Positions 47,675 through 58,706 of a stretch of 64,000 bases of DNA are shown here, in pieces (within the stretch, counting starts at the first letter, position 1; every line of letters starts with the position of its first letter). Under the pieces are notes generated by a model that did not search any database, was not told the origin of the DNA, and worked only from the letters and a program-made list of their open reading frames with translations. A program made the position numbers and the translations under genes. The stretch spans positions 192,001-256,000 of the forward strand of contig JBIPSI010000001.1 of assembly GCA_044070495.1 (NCBI GenBank), given 5' to 3'. This DNA is from Spirulina sp. Lineage in GTDB: Bacteria; Cyanobacteriota; Cyanobacteriia; Phormidesmidales; Phormidesmidaceae.

Positions 47675-49260
47675 ATGGGCCGATAGACCCGGTAATTAAT
47701 ATTGGGAAAGATGTTGTCGATGGCTTCCATTTTCTCCAGCCAGCCGGAGTCAATCTTGCCGCGCAGGATGTCGTCCCACAGCTTTTGGAAGCGCATCAGG
47801 TGGGTGCGGGTGCGGCGCACGGCGTAGGGCACCATGGTTCCCGTCCGCATAATGAAGGCCCAGTCGGAGGATTGGGCCAGCAGCAGTTCCCGTGCCGCCT
47901 GGTTCAAGGCCCGCCATTCCAGTTCGTCTTCGGGTTCGCGCTTGGCCAGGTCAATCATGCGCTCGGCAGCTTTGTGCAGGTGGGGGTAAATCCAGGCGTT
48001 GGTTTCGTTCAGCCAATATTCGTGGAAGCCCTTAAAGCCCCAACTCGATTGGGAAGGACGGCAGACCTGCTGGGTAGGATTGGCCTTCAGGTAGTCGGCC
48101 AGGTGGGTCATGTCGTAGGTGTCTTGGTCAAACCAGCTCTTGCGGAACAGGTAGTCGAGGAACCACGGGCCTTCGTACCACCAGTGGCCAAACAGTTCGG
48201 CATCGTAGGGCGACACAATAATCGGCGGGCGCTGCATTAGGCCATAGAGGTGGCTGATCTGCTGTTCCCGGTTGTACATGAAGTTTCCGGCGTGCTCGGC
48301 GGCTTTTTCCTTGGCCCAGTAGGGGTCGTACAGAGCTTTGTCAGACAAGCCCAAGCCCTTCCCGGTAATTTTGTGGTACTTGATGCCCACATTCTTGCGC
48401 TGGCCGTTGGGCATGATGTAGGGCTTGATGTACTCATACTCGGCATCCCAGCCCAGGTCGCGGTAGAACTCACGGTACTCCGGTGCGCCGGGGTAGCCCA
48501 CCTGGGACGACCACACCTGTTGGGAGGATTCGTGATCCCGTCCGAAAGCCGCCACCCCGGTTTCGGTGAAGATGGGGGCATAGCTGCCAAAGCGAGGGCG
48601 GGGGCGGGCGTAGAGAATGCCGTGGCCATCGGTGAGGAAGTAACGCATCCCGGCATCGGCCACCATGCGCTCTAGCCCTTCGTAGTAGGCGCATTCCGGT
48701 AGCCAAATGCCGTTGGGGGCACGGCCAAAGTTTTCTTCGTAGTGCTCCGCCGCCACCTGAATTTGTGCCCACACCGCTTCGGGGTACATTTTCATCAGGG
48801 GCAGATAGCCGTGGGTGGCCCCGCAGGTGATGATCTCTAGGTTGTTAGAGTCCTGGTATTGCTTGAAAGCCGTCACCAGGTCGCCGCTGTAGTTCTCCCA
48901 GGTGTTGCGAACATGGTTGAACTCCTGGGCGTAGGTTTCCGCCAAATACCGCAGGTGGCCATTGTGGACGTGGCGTTCCACCTCTAATTCGGCCAGTTCT
49001 TCGAGCTGGGCTAGGTGGGCATCAAAGCGCTCTTGCAGCAGGGGATCCCGCAGCATCGACACCAAGGGCGGCGTCATGCTCATGGTGAGCTTAAAATCCA
49101 CCCCGTCCCGCTTCAGCCCGTCGAACATGGTGAGCAGCGGCACGTAGGTCTCGATGATGGCTTCGTAGAGCCACTCCTCCTCTAGCACATAGTCACTTTC
49201 GGGATGTCGGACGTAGGGAAGGTGGGCATGGAGAACCAGGGCAAGATATCCGATAGCCAT
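47671..49260 (-). CDS. GH57 family 1,4-alpha-glucan branching enzyme-like protein (DUF1957)
   Basis: HAHLPY, ETYVP, GIWLPEC, YDAELFGHWW, AQSSDW. Confidence 0.95.
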   Translation of the reverse strand: MAIGYLALVLHAHLPYVRHPESDYVLEEEWLYEAIIETYVPLLTMFDGLKRDGVDFKLTMSMTPPLVSMLRDPLLQERFDAHLAQLEELAELEVERHVHNGHLRYLAETYAQEFNHVRNTWENYSGDLVTAFKQYQDSNNLEIITCGATHGYLPLMKMYPEAVWAQIQVAAEHYEENFGRAPNGIWLPECAYYEGLERMVADAGMRYFLTDGHGILYARPRPRFGSYAPIFTETGVAAFGRDHESSQQVWSSQVGYPGAPEYREFYRDLGWDAEYEYIKPYIMPNGQRKNVGIKYHKITGKGLGLSDKALYDPYWAKEKAAEHAGNFMYNREQQISHLYGLMQRPPIIVSPYDAELFGHWWYEGPWFLDYLFRKSWFDQDTYDMTHLADYLKANPTQQVCRPSQSSWGFKGFHEYWLNETNAWIYPHLHKAAERMIDLAKREPEDELEWRALNQAARELLLAQSSDWAFIMRTGTMVPYAVRRTRTHLMRFQKLWDDILRGKIDSGWLEKMEAIDNIFPNINYRVYRPI

Positions 49261-49827
49261 AGGTGAGTGCCGTTGCGGAATGAACTGTGAATGCCGATTG
49301 ATGGGGCCGGGATGAACCGTTGACAAGATTCTAAGGCAAAAGTTAAGCGGTGACGGTTAGCTAGGCGGTATCCCGTCTGACCAACCTGATTGCAAAGTTT
49401 TATAACGTTTTTAATGGCCCAGTTGTGCCACAGAGGCGAACCTCCAGAAAGTTCAGGGAGAACGCTCTGTGGACAAGTTAATACGCTTGCAATTGGAGTA
49501 GAGACTTGGATAGAGGGTTTGGATAGAGATGTATTTATGCCTTACATTATGCCCCGCGCCCGTCGCCAAATCCCATCGAAATCCCGTATTCGCCCCTGGC
49601 TCCCAACCGCTGTTTCCCCGTGGATTGATTAGGGCTTGTTCTGGGGCGCGTCATCCCTAACACTAGGGCATGGCCGGGATGGAGCCTCGACATCCACACA
49701 GCCCAGATGGCCAGAGTCGCAGTTCGTTGTAAGTTGTCGTCATTACGTCACTAAAGTCGTCGCAATTAACAGGCCGCAATTAACAGGGTCAGAATTTAAA
49801 GCGTCAGAGCGAATAGGGTCAACATCA

Positions 49828-50595
49828 ATGGGACGAGTGGGGTGGATCGGGATCGGGCTGCTGCTGGTCAGCCTGGGGGGAATGGGGGGCTGTCAACAAG
49901 GCCCAAGGCTTGCCATGCAGAGCTATGCGTGGGCGGAAGATACCCTCACCGCCCTGGCCTATCCGGCCTTTTTGGTGGATACGGGCACCGCCGAACGCTA
50001 CCGTCAGCAGGGGCTAGCCTACCGGGCTGGGGGGGATCTGGAGCGTTCCGTGGCCACCCTAAAAATTGCCGCCGCCCTCGACCCCTACAACCCCAATAGC
50101 CACATTATTCTGGGCTGGACACAGCACCTCGCCGCAGATCGCCCCAGCGCCATCACCACCCTCACCACCGCCCTAGGACAGGATCCTGACTCGGTACAGG
50201 CCCTCAACGCCCTCGGCATTGTCTATTTAGTGGAGGGCCAGCTTGACCAGGCCACCGCCACCCACCACCGCGCCCTGGAACTCAAGCCCGACAACGAGAT
50301 CGCCCACTACAACCTCAGCCTCGCCTACCAGCGCCTTGGCAACTGGGACGCCGCCATCCACCACGCCCAGGAAGCCACGCAACTGGAACCCCAAAATCCC
50401 CATCCCTGGGTGGCCCTGGCGCTGGCCCAGGCTTCCAGTGGCGACCCCACCGCCGCCCAAGCCACCTACCGACAGGCAATTCAGAGGGATAGCCGCTATC
50501 TCAATCGTGCCTATCTTGATCACCTGGCCCAGGCGGGTTTTAGCGAAGCTCAAATTAGCGCGGTTGACCAAATCCAAGCCACCACCGCTCCCTAA
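49828..50595 (+). CDS. TPR protein, probable lipoprotein
   Basis: Hydrophobic leader ending MGGC, several TPRs (ALNALGIVY, AHYNLSLAY). Confidence 0.85.
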   Translation: MGRVGWIGIGLLLVSLGGMGGCQQGPRLAMQSYAWAEDTLTALAYPAFLVDTGTAERYRQQGLAYRAGGDLERSVATLKIAAALDPYNPNSHIILGWTQHLAADRPSAITTLTTALGQDPDSVQALNALGIVYLVEGQLDQATATHHRALELKPDNEIAHYNLSLAYQRLGNWDAAIHHAQEATQLEPQNPHPWVALALAQASSGDPTAAQATYRQAIQRDSRYLNRAYLDHLAQAGFSEAQISAVDQIQATTAP

Positions 50596-50624
50596 AAAGC
50601 ATCCTGTAAAAAGCATCTGAATAA

Positions 50625-50755
50625 GAGGGCGTTTGAAAAGGGTTGCCTCAGGTGCGATTGGTCGCTAGATCGGTGCAAATCTACGGGATTTTTGGCGACT
50701 GAGGCTGACCTCATCGGTATAACTTGGGACAAGCTTCGGCTTTTCAAACGTCCTT
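50625..50755. mobile_element. MITE family B copy (131 bp)
   Basis: TAA|GAGGGCGTTTGAAAAG...CTTTTCAAACGTCCTT|TAA. Confidence 0.85.
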
Positions 50756-50773
50756 TAAGAGAAAGGGCCAACG

Positions 50774-50903
50774 CTGGTTGACTGGCAAAAGATCCTGTGC
50801 TGGACGCGAAAACCGCGCCCCTACAGCATTGGGATAAGGTAGGGGTCAGGAGATCTGCCCCTTTGGGGAATCTGGGTTCTCGCAAGTTTTGTCAGTCCAC
50901 CAG
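50774..50903. mobile_element. MITE family A copy (130 bp), followed by a partial copy at 50922-50978
   Basis: CTGGTTGACTGGCAAAA...TTTTGTCAGTCCACCAG. Confidence 0.8.
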
Positions 50904-51108
50904 GGGCCAACGATACCCGAATGGACTGACAAGGGATTCTGCACCGGACGCAGCCACCGCGCCCCTACAGTATTGGGACAATGCCCAGGAGCTAGAGGTG
51001 TGGAGAAGGAACAATTTCGTCTAGACTGAACACTTTAAATCCACATTTTTTAATAATCTAACGAAAGCGTTATATTAAATTAAGCAAGCGCATTGAGCGA
51101 AATGATTC

Positions 51109-51852
51109 ATGGTTGTCGCGTCAGACCGCACCTCATTACACCAGCGTGGGTTGACAGGCGAGGCTCAAATTCTAAGGCAAGTTTTTGAGTCTGTTGACGC
51201 TGCCAGTTGCCCCTACAGCTACAACTTTCACATGCATACCGTGTGTTCAGATGGCAAGCTGACTCCGGCAGCGTTGATGGAGCAAGTAATCGGCATTGGC
51301 CTGCAAGCATTCGCCATTACCGATCACCATAGCCTGCGCGGTTACCACCAGGCCCAGGCTTGGCTAGAGGACTGGCGCTGGCGCAACCCGACCCCCCTCA
51401 GCCAACGCCGTTCAGCGGGTTCCTTGATGGAATCGGCTCCCCGATTGTTTACCGGGGTGGAAATCAACGCTCTGCTGGCGGGGACGGAGGTACACCTGCT
51501 GGGTTATGGGTTTGCCCCCAGCCATCAAGCCATAGTCCCCTACCTCCAGGGTTCTGCGCCTAGGGGTAGCCTGAAGGCGGCGGAAACAGTCATCAACGCC
51601 ATTCAGACGGCGGGAGGGCTAGCGGTGTTGGCCCATCCGGCCCGTTATCGGGTATCCGCTGAAACCCTGATTGACCACGCGGTGGCCCTAGGCATTGATG
51701 GCGTTGAAGCCTACTACGCCTACAGCAACCCCGACCAGTGGCACCCCTGCCCTCGCCACACCCCCCTGATCGAAGCCCTAGCTCGTCACCATCGCCTATT
51801 CACCACCTGCGGCACCGATACCCACGGATCTAACCTCCTGCGTCGGCTTTAG
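51109..51852 (+). CDS. PHP domain metal-dependent phosphoesterase
   Basis: HMHTVCSDG, TDH, GVE, LAHP, GTDTHG. Confidence 0.92.
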   Translation: MVVASDRTSLHQRGLTGEAQILRQVFESVDAASCPYSYNFHMHTVCSDGKLTPAALMEQVIGIGLQAFAITDHHSLRGYHQAQAWLEDWRWRNPTPLSQRRSAGSLMESAPRLFTGVEINALLAGTEVHLLGYGFAPSHQAIVPYLQGSAPRGSLKAAETVINAIQTAGGLAVLAHPARYRVSAETLIDHAVALGIDGVEAYYAYSNPDQWHPCPRHTPLIEALARHHRLFTTCGTDTHGSNLLRRL

Positions 51853-51925
51853 TCTAAGTCCGTCAGTGGTGTTCTAGACATCCGTGGGAGATATCCCACT
51901 AACGCATCACATTCAAGCTATTGGG

Positions 51926-52050
51926 CTGGTTGACTGACAAAAGATTCTGCACCGGGCGCGGCAACCGCGCCTCTACCGCATTAGGGTCATGTAGGGGTCA
52001 GGTCTCCTGACCCTTTGACGGATCTGGGTTCTGGCAAGTTTTGTCACCAG
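51926..52050. mobile_element. MITE family A copy (right TIR with small deletion)
   Basis: CTGGTTGACTGACAAAA...TTTTGTCACCAG. Confidence 0.8.
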
Positions 52051-52472
52051 GGTTCGGAGTTGCTCTGAAAATAGCTTTTCATCCTTGGGGGTGTTGCGCC
52101 AGCGGCATAGACGACGGGTATGACTTGGGATCGCCGTACGGGTCAATAGTGTGGGGGCAGGCACGAATATCCCTTGATTTGGAGGGTTGACGTTGGGTTA
52201 AAGTCGGCCTTTTTCTTTAGCTTTTCTTCAGATTTTTGCGATTAGAGTGCCAGTCCAGACAGCTTGTAACATCCCTAGAAAAAACTACCGGATAGTTTGC
52301 AAAGTTATTTGCTGAAGCGTGGACTTTTATATGCAATGGCAATTGCTAAAAGCGGAGAGGGCATGATAAACCCGAAGCCTAAAATCGTGACGGCAACCCG
52401 TCAATTGGCCATCTGTCCCTGACCCTTCATCGACAGTAACCCATGGGCGGTGCGCTCTCCCCTGGAACGACT

Positions 52473-53489
52473 ATGAACCACGAATCCTATCTTTTATTTA
52501 CCCTGGATGGCCTACACTATGGCCTGACGGCGGAAGTGGTGCAGGAAATTTTCTTTCTTCCCGCCCTCACCTCGGTACCTGAATCGGGGCCGGAGGTAGC
52601 GGGGGTGCTGAATTTGCGAGGCCAGCTACTGCCCGTCCTCAATCTCAAAACCTGTCTGGGTAAGCCGCGTCAGCCCAATACCCTCAACCAGGCGGTGATT
52701 TTGGTTAAATACGATGATCACCGCTTGGGCTTGGTGGTAGATGACATTCAAAATGTCGAGGAAATGGATACCGCTAACATTTCTAGCGGTTTGGATACTC
52801 CCTACATTGGCAGGGCGGAACGGTCGATGACCACGGGGCTGGCTAAGTTTGGTCAGCATGTCATCATTTTGCTGAACCCGGAAACCTTAGTCAGGGGTTA
52901 TTCGGCCATCCATGAACAGATAGATGCCGCCGAGGATGGCCACGACAACACCTTTATGGCCCAGTTTGGCCCAGAGGCCCAGATGGTGTTGCAGGATCGG
53001 GCGGAGGGGCTGGCCCAGGTGACCAAAGCCGATAATTTGGCAGGGTTATCGGCCTTGGCGGTGGTGAGCCTAGAGGGAGAGCGCTTTGCCCTGGGCCTAG
53101 AGTCGGTGCATGAGTTTACCGAGGTGCCTCAGATCACGCCGATTCCCTGCTGTCCGTCCCACATTGTTGGCAACATGAACCTGCGGGGCGAAATTTTGAC
53201 CCTGGTGGATATCCGCCGTTTCCTCAACCTATCCCCCAGTGCCGACCGCAAACCGGATAAGGCGGTGGTAATGCGGCTAGGTTCTCTGGTGGCTGGGATC
53301 GTGGTGGATGACGTGTACGACGTGGTCTATGTGCAGCCCTCGGAAATTGCCTCGATTCCCGCCGCTATTCATTCCAGTGATAACGAATACCTGAAGGGCA
53401 TCGCCCGCTACCAAGACTCGATGATGAGTCTCTTAGACTTGCCCCGATTGCTAACCCAGGGCGAGCTTGTTGTGAATCAATTGGGTTAG
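52473..53489 (+). CDS. cheW: Tandem double-CheW protein
   Basis: Two CheW domains (GVLNLRGQLLPV; GNMNLRGEILTLV). Confidence 0.92.
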   Translation: MNHESYLLFTLDGLHYGLTAEVVQEIFFLPALTSVPESGPEVAGVLNLRGQLLPVLNLKTCLGKPRQPNTLNQAVILVKYDDHRLGLVVDDIQNVEEMDTANISSGLDTPYIGRAERSMTTGLAKFGQHVIILLNPETLVRGYSAIHEQIDAAEDGHDNTFMAQFGPEAQMVLQDRAEGLAQVTKADNLAGLSALAVVSLEGERFALGLESVHEFTEVPQITPIPCCPSHIVGNMNLRGEILTLVDIRRFLNLSPSADRKPDKAVVMRLGSLVAGIVVDDVYDVVYVQPSEIASIPAAIHSSDNEYLKGIARYQDSMMSLLDLPRLLTQGELVVNQLG

Positions 53490-53610
53490 GGAAAGGAGTG
53501 ATGAAATGTCTGATAACAAGGAGATTAACTCCTTGAATAACACCTCAAACGATTTCAATGCTTCTTTTCACTAACGTATTTCGCATTTACCTGTTCTAAG
53601 GAGAATCGCC

Positions 53611-55068
53611 ATGGAAGGCCGCAAGATTTGGAAGCTACGTCATTGGATCATCTTTGGGTATTCGGTTCCGGTGGTTGCGTTGATTATTTCCGCCGGGGTA
53701 ACCATTGTTAATGTGCGCCAAGTCAACCAGTCTGCCCAAGATTTAACAGAAGCCTGGATTATTAATGATAGATTGGCTGGATTAGAATCTACGGTACAGA
53801 TTGTATCTCGAACCACCCGAGGCTATCTCTTGGAGGCCGCTCAAACCTCTCAAAATAACTTTACTCAGGCCAGGGCTGATTTTGACAGGCTGGTAGATGA
53901 GCTGGATAGCATGATCCGAGATGAGCGGCAGCGTCAAAATCTGGTGAATGCCCAGGATTTTATTGAAACCTACTTTGCCAATTCTCAGCGAATTTTCGAT
54001 CTCGTTAACAACAATCAACGAGATGAAGCCTTTCTATTTTGGCAGGAGAGCAATGGTCGGACAATCTCCAACGAGGCCATCGCCCTCCTGAATGAGATGG
54101 AGGAGTTGGAAAACGAAATTATTGCCGCTGCCCAAACTCGCCAGGAAGAAGCTCTGGCCCGGTTGCAATTTACCCTGGTCACGGCGGCTACATTGTCGGT
54201 GATTCTATCCGCCATTATTGGCACCTGGATTGTGATGAAAGCCTCGCGGATGATGAACCAAGCTGCTGGAGACATTGCCAGTTCGGCCAGCGAAATTGCC
54301 GCCAGTGTGGAGCAGCAGGAACGCACCAGCAGCCAGCAAGCGGCCAGCGTCAGCGAAACCACGACCACCATGGATGAACTGGGGGCGTCTTCGCGGCAGT
54401 CTGCTGAACAGGCAGAAGCGGCGGCGGCGGGGGCACAGCAGGCTCTTACCCTGGCGGATGGCGGCACCCGAGCGGTGGAACGCAGCCTAGATGGCATGAC
54501 CACCCTGCGGGAAAAAGTAGACGCCATTGCCGACCAAATTTTGCGCCTGAGTGAGCAAACCAGCCAAATTGGCGGCATTTCTGGCCTGGTGAGCGACCTG
54601 GCTAACCAAACCAACATGCTGGCCCTGAATGCGGCGGTAGAAGCGGTGCGGGCTGGGGAGCACGGTAAGGGCTTTGCGGTGGTGTCCGGCGAAATTCGTA
54701 AACTAGCCGACCAAAGCAAGAAATCCGCCGAGAAAATCAATGCCCTGGTGGCGGATATTCAAACCGCCATCAACTCCACGGTGATGGTCACCGACGAAGG
54801 AACCAAGACCGTAGAAGAAGGGGTGAAAATTGCCGAAGAAACCTCCGATGCCTTCGCTGGGGTGGCCGATGCCGTCAACAATGTGGTGCTGAATAGTCAG
54901 CAAATTTCCCTCAACGTGAAACAGCAGGCGGTGGCCATTCAGCAGGTGGTAAGCGCCATGAATAGTCTCAACACTGGGGCGCAGGAAACCGCCAACGGCA
55001 TCAGCCAAATCAAAATTGGCACCCACCAACTCAATGAAAGCGCCCTGATCCTGAAAACCGCGATTTAA
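53611..55068 (+). CDS. Methyl-accepting chemotaxis protein with CHASE3-like sensor
   Basis: Two TMs, RGYLL periplasmic motif, [26 protein letters not shown] tip. Confidence 0.95.
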   Translation: MEGRKIWKLRHWIIFGYSVPVVALIISAGVTIVNVRQVNQSAQDLTEAWIINDRLAGLESTVQIVSRTTRGYLLEAAQTSQNNFTQARADFDRLVDELDSMIRDERQRQNLVNAQDFIETYFANSQRIFDLVNNNQRDEAFLFWQESNGRTISNEAIALLNEMEELENEIIAAAQTRQEEALARLQFTLVTAATLSVILSAIIGTWIVMKASRMMNQAAGDIASSASEIAASVEQQERTSSQQAASVSETTTTMDELGASSRQSAEQAEAAAAGAQQALTLADGGTRAVERSLDGMTTLREKVDAIADQILRLSEQTSQIGGISGLVSDLANQTNMLALNAAVEAVRAGEHGKGFAVVSGEIRKLADQSKKSAEKINALVADIQTAINSTVMVTDEGTKTVEEGVKIAEETSDAFAGVADAVNNVVLNSQQISLNVKQQAVAIQQVVSAMNSLNTGAQETANGISQIKIGTHQLNESALILKTAI

Positions 55069-55089
55069 CCCCCTGGACTGAGGGGAGTT

Positions 55090-55329
55090 GATCCCCCCTA
55101 GCCCCCCTTAGGAAGGGGGGAACCGAAGTCAAAGTCCCCCTTTTTAAGGGGGATTTAGGGGGATCGCCGGAAGCCCTCACCCCCCAACCCCTCTCCCATG
55201 GGGCGAGGGGAGCCAGAAAAGACCGTAGGGTGGGCACTGCCCACCATCTCACTAAGACCCTCACCCCCAACCCCTCTCCTATGGGGCGAGGGGAGCCGGA
55301 AAAACCGTAGGGTGGGCACTGCCCACCAT
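55090..55329. repeat. Mosaic of palindromic repeats between MCP and cheA
   Basis: GATCCCCCC...GGGGGATC unit (55090-55165), then two ~73-bp direct copies of CCCTCACCCCCAACCCCTCTCC...GTAGGGTGGGCACTGCCCACCAT. Confidence 0.85.
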
Positions 55330-55411
55330 TCCAAAGATCAGGAAGTAATCAAGGACAGCTAGGCCCAGTTTAGGAACTGATGCAGACGTTGGAGGGGAGC
55401 ACCCTACCGAA

Positions 55412-58400
55412 ATGATTGAAGATATTGAACTCCGAGAGATTTTTAAGACCTCCAGCGAAGAGCGCTTCCAGGTACTGGATGAAGGCTTGCTGCATTTAGA
55501 AAAGCACCCGGAAGACCTGGAAACCATCACCGTCCTGATGCGGGAGGCCCACTCCCTGAAGGGGGACAGCAACATGCTGGGGGTGGAAGACCTGGGTAAG
55601 GTGGCCCACCAAATTGAGCACATCTTTGGGGCGATTAAGCGAGGCGAACGCAAGCTCACCCCCACCCTGTTTGACCGATTGGGTCGGGCCATGGAGGCCA
55701 TGCGCCAGATGGCCCAGGAAGCTGTGACCGGGGAACCCGCCCAGGTGAAGGTGTTCTACGTGTTGGCGGATCTGATGGCGGCGGAAATGGCCGAAGAAGA
55801 GGATCCCGCACCCCAGGCGGTTGAATCCACGGCAACCACCGCCGCCCCAACCGCCCAAGCTGACGATGGGGATGATGATCTAGCCGAATTTCTATTCCCG
55901 TCGCCCTCGGTGGATGTACCCCAGGGGGATGTGTCCCAGGAACCGGAATCGCCTCTAGATCTGTTCCCTGATGCCGAATCCCCTGTAGGGGTGCACAGCG
56001 GTGCGCCCCTACCCCCTGCGTCTCAACCGTCCGCGCCCCAGCCGTCTACGCCCGGTGTGTCTGATGACGACATTCCCCCCGGCGCAATTTTCGATAGTTC
56101 CTTGGATGTGCCGTCGGAAGATCACTCGTTAGAACCAGGGGACAGCAACGCGGATCCCACGTCGGTAAACCCAGATTTAGACAAGGCCACAGTTGTGGAC
56201 GATGACGACGACCTCTTTGGGTTTAGTTCCGCCGCCGATGCCCCCAAGCCAGCCCCCACGGCGACCAACGGCACCAGCGCCCCCCCAGAACCCAGGCTTC
56301 CCGGCGAACGCAGCCCGCTTTACATCGAAGACGACGAAATGCGGGGGCTGTTTAAAACCTCCAGCGAAGAACGGCTGCAAGCCCTGGATGAAGGCATTTT
56401 GCACCTGGAGAAAAATCCCCAGGACCTCGCGGTGGTGGAGAACATCATGCGGGAGGCCCACTCCCTGAAGGGCGACAGCAACATGCTAGGCGTGGCGGAT
56501 TTGGGCAAGGTGGCCCACCAGATGGAGAATATCCTCGGATCCGTGAAGCGGGGGGAAACGCCCCTCACCCTGGATGTGTGCGACCGTTTGGCCCACGGCA
56601 TGGTGGCGATAAAGCAACTCGTCCACGAGGCTTCTACCGGAGAAGCCACCGGGGTCAATGTCTTCTACGTCCTAGCCGAACTGATGGGTTCCTCCTCGGA
56701 TAATCCCCCCAATTCCCCCCCATCGCCCCCCCCATCATCGGCCCCCTCGTCACCGCCCTCTCCCCCGCCCGAAGACCCCAATGCCGCCATTGATAAGGCC
56801 TCGAAGTACAAAATTGAAACGATTCGGGTGCCCACCACCAGCCTCGATTCCCTGATGACCCAAAGCGGCGAGCTAACGGTGACCAAAATTCGGGTGGCCC
56901 ATCGTCTTGCAGAAATCGACGCCATCACCAACCTGTGGGAGGAATGGAGTCGCGATTTGTTCATGAATCGCTTCCTGTTCCACGAAGCCCAGCAGGGTAA
57001 GCAGGTGTGGCGACAATTAGAAAGCTTCCACAGCCGCACCGAGCAGCATTTGGATTTGCTGGGGCGCATGGTGGGGCAGCTCAGCAGCGCCCTCTACGAA
57101 GACACCACCCGCCTGGAGATGATCACCGACGGGCTGGAGGAGGGCATTCGCACCCTGCGGCTGTTGCCCCTAGCCACCATCTTTAACCTGTTCCCGCGCC
57201 TGGTGCGCGACCTCGCCCGCCAGGAGGGCAAGCAGGTGGAACTGGTGATTGAAGGGGGCGAAACCCGTGCCGACAAGCGCATCCTAGAGGAAATGAAGGA
57301 TCCGCTGCTGCACATGATCCGCAACGCCATCGACCACGGGATTGAATCCCCCGCCGAACGCAAGCGCAAGGGCAAACCGGAAACCGCCACCATCACCCTG
57401 CGCGGCTACCAAACCCCCACCAGCATCGTCCTAGAAATTTGCGACGATGGCCGGGGGCTGGATGTGGAGGCGATTAAACAAACGGCGGTGCGGCGTGGGC
57501 TGCATCGTCCTGAAGAGTTGGAACTGTTAACGCCCGGTCAAATTCAGGCGCTGATCCTCAGTCCGGGCTTCTCCACCCGCACCATGGTGACGGAGATTTC
57601 GGGTCGGGGGGTGGGCCTCGATGTACTGCGTACCAACGTGGAGCGGCTGAAGGGCAATGTAGAGGTGCATTCTACCCTCGGCCAGGGCTGCACCATTCGC
57701 ATTCAGTTGGGCACTACCCTAGCCACCGCCCATGTGCTACTGGTGACGGCCAACGGCCACACCTACGCCCTGCCCGTGGAGTTTGTGCAAACCGCCTGTT
57801 TGGTGCAGGCTAGCGACATGTTTACCCTAGAAGGCCACAGCACCATCGTCTTCGACAACCAGCCCGTTTCCGTGGCTTGGCTGGCGGATTTGCTCAACCT
57901 GCCAGGGGACAGCAATGGCCGGATGAAGTCGGCTAATCAGCGCTTGTCCTGCATTATTTTGCAGACTGGCCACGATAAACTCGGCATTTTTGTCGATGCC
58001 CTGATTGATGAGCAGGATGTGGTGCTCAAGCCCCAAAGCCAGTTACTCAAGCGGGTGCGCTATATCTCTGGGGCCACCATTTTGGGCACCGGAGAGGTGT
58101 GCATGGTGCTCAATCCGCCAGATCTGATCGGCACCGTGCGCCACCGCATGACCCAGGCTGCTCTGGGCAGTGTGGAGGGGGGCAGCGTAGACATAGCGGA
58201 ACAGCGACCTAAGAGCATCCTCCTGGTAGAAGACTCCATTGCCACCCGCACCCAGGAAAAGCGCATTCTAGAATCGGCGGGCTACGAGGTGGTGACCGCC
58301 GTGGATGGGGTGGATGGTTTTAATAAGCTGCAATCCCGTGTGTTCGATGCCGTCATCTCCGATATCCAAATGCCTAATTTGGATGGGCTTCAGCTCACCC

Positions 58401-58570
58401 AGCGCATCCGGCAGCATCGAGAATACAATGAGTTACCCGTGGTGTTGGTGACAACCTTGGCCAGCGATGAAGATCGCCGCCGGGGGGCCGAGGCCGGAGC
58501 CAACGCTTATATTACGAAGGGTAGTTTTAATCAGGAAGTGCTTCTCGAAACCTTGGAAAGATTGATATAG
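55412..58570 (+). CDS. cheA: Hybrid CheA (2x HPt, HATPase, CheW, REC)
   Basis: Two REAHSLKG HPt domains, HMIRNAIDHGIE, SGRGVGLD, GATILG, C-terminal receiver. Confidence 0.95.
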   Translation: MIEDIELREIFKTSSEERFQVLDEGLLHLEKHPEDLETITVLMREAHSLKGDSNMLGVEDLGKVAHQIEHIFGAIKRGERKLTPTLFDRLGRAMEAMRQMAQEAVTGEPAQVKVFYVLADLMAAEMAEEEDPAPQAVESTATTAAPTAQADDGDDDLAEFLFPSPSVDVPQGDVSQEPESPLDLFPDAESPVGVHSGAPLPPASQPSAPQPSTPGVSDDDIPPGAIFDSSLDVPSEDHSLEPGDSNADPTSVNPDLDKATVVDDDDDLFGFSSAADAPKPAPTATNGTSAPPEPRLPGERSPLYIEDDEMRGLFKTSSEERLQALDEGILHLEKNPQDLAVVENIMREAHSLKGDSNMLGVADLGKVAHQMENILGSVKRGETPLTLDVCDRLAHGMVAIKQLVHEASTGEATGVNVFYVLAELMGSSSDNPPNSPPSPPPSSAPSSPPSPPPEDPNAAIDKASKYKIETIRVPTTSLDSLMTQSGELTVTKIRVAHRLAEIDAITNLWEEWSRDLFMNRFLFHEAQQGKQVWRQLESFHSRTEQHLDLLGRMVGQLSSALYEDTTRLEMITDGLEEGIRTLRLLPLATIFNLFPRLVRDLARQEGKQVELVIEGGETRADKRILEEMKDPLLHMIRNAIDHGIESPAERKRKGKPETATITLRGYQTPTSIVLEICDDGRGLDVEAIKQTAVRRGLHRPEELELLTPGQIQALILSPGFSTRTMVTEISGRGVGLDVLRTNVERLKGNVEVHSTLGQGCTIRIQLGTTLATAHVLLVTANGHTYALPVEFVQTACLVQASDMFTLEGHSTIVFDNQPVSVAWLADLLNLPGDSNGRMKSANQRLSCIILQTGHDKLGIFVDALIDEQDVVLKPQSQLLKRVRYISGATILGTGEVCMVLNPPDLIGTVRHRMTQAALGSVEGGSVDIAEQRPKSILLVEDSIATRTQEKRILESAGYEVVTAVDGVDGFNKLQSRVFDAVISDIQMPNLDGLQLTQRIRQHREYNELPVVLVTTLASDEDRRRGAEAGANAYITKGSFNQEVLLETLERLI

Positions 58571-58706
58571 CCCCATCCAGGTTTTGCCATTCCCTCGCCG
58601 CCTACCCCTCACGGTTTGTCGATGGGGGCTAGGCTGTCCTACGGGTTCATCCTGGTAGGTAGCGCTGAACCCTGGGGCCTGATCCCTAATCGAAGTGAGA
58701 CGCTAG

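Noticed and set aside
49261..49827. Long intergenic region with small ORF 49390-49632 or a possible ncRNA
   Set aside because: No clear RBS, protein motif or recognisable RNA structure; most simply divergent promoters.
55174..55329. Possible CRISPR array (direct repeats with spacer)
   Set aside because: Only two ~73-bp units, made of dispersed palindrome families, with no unique spacers or cas genes.
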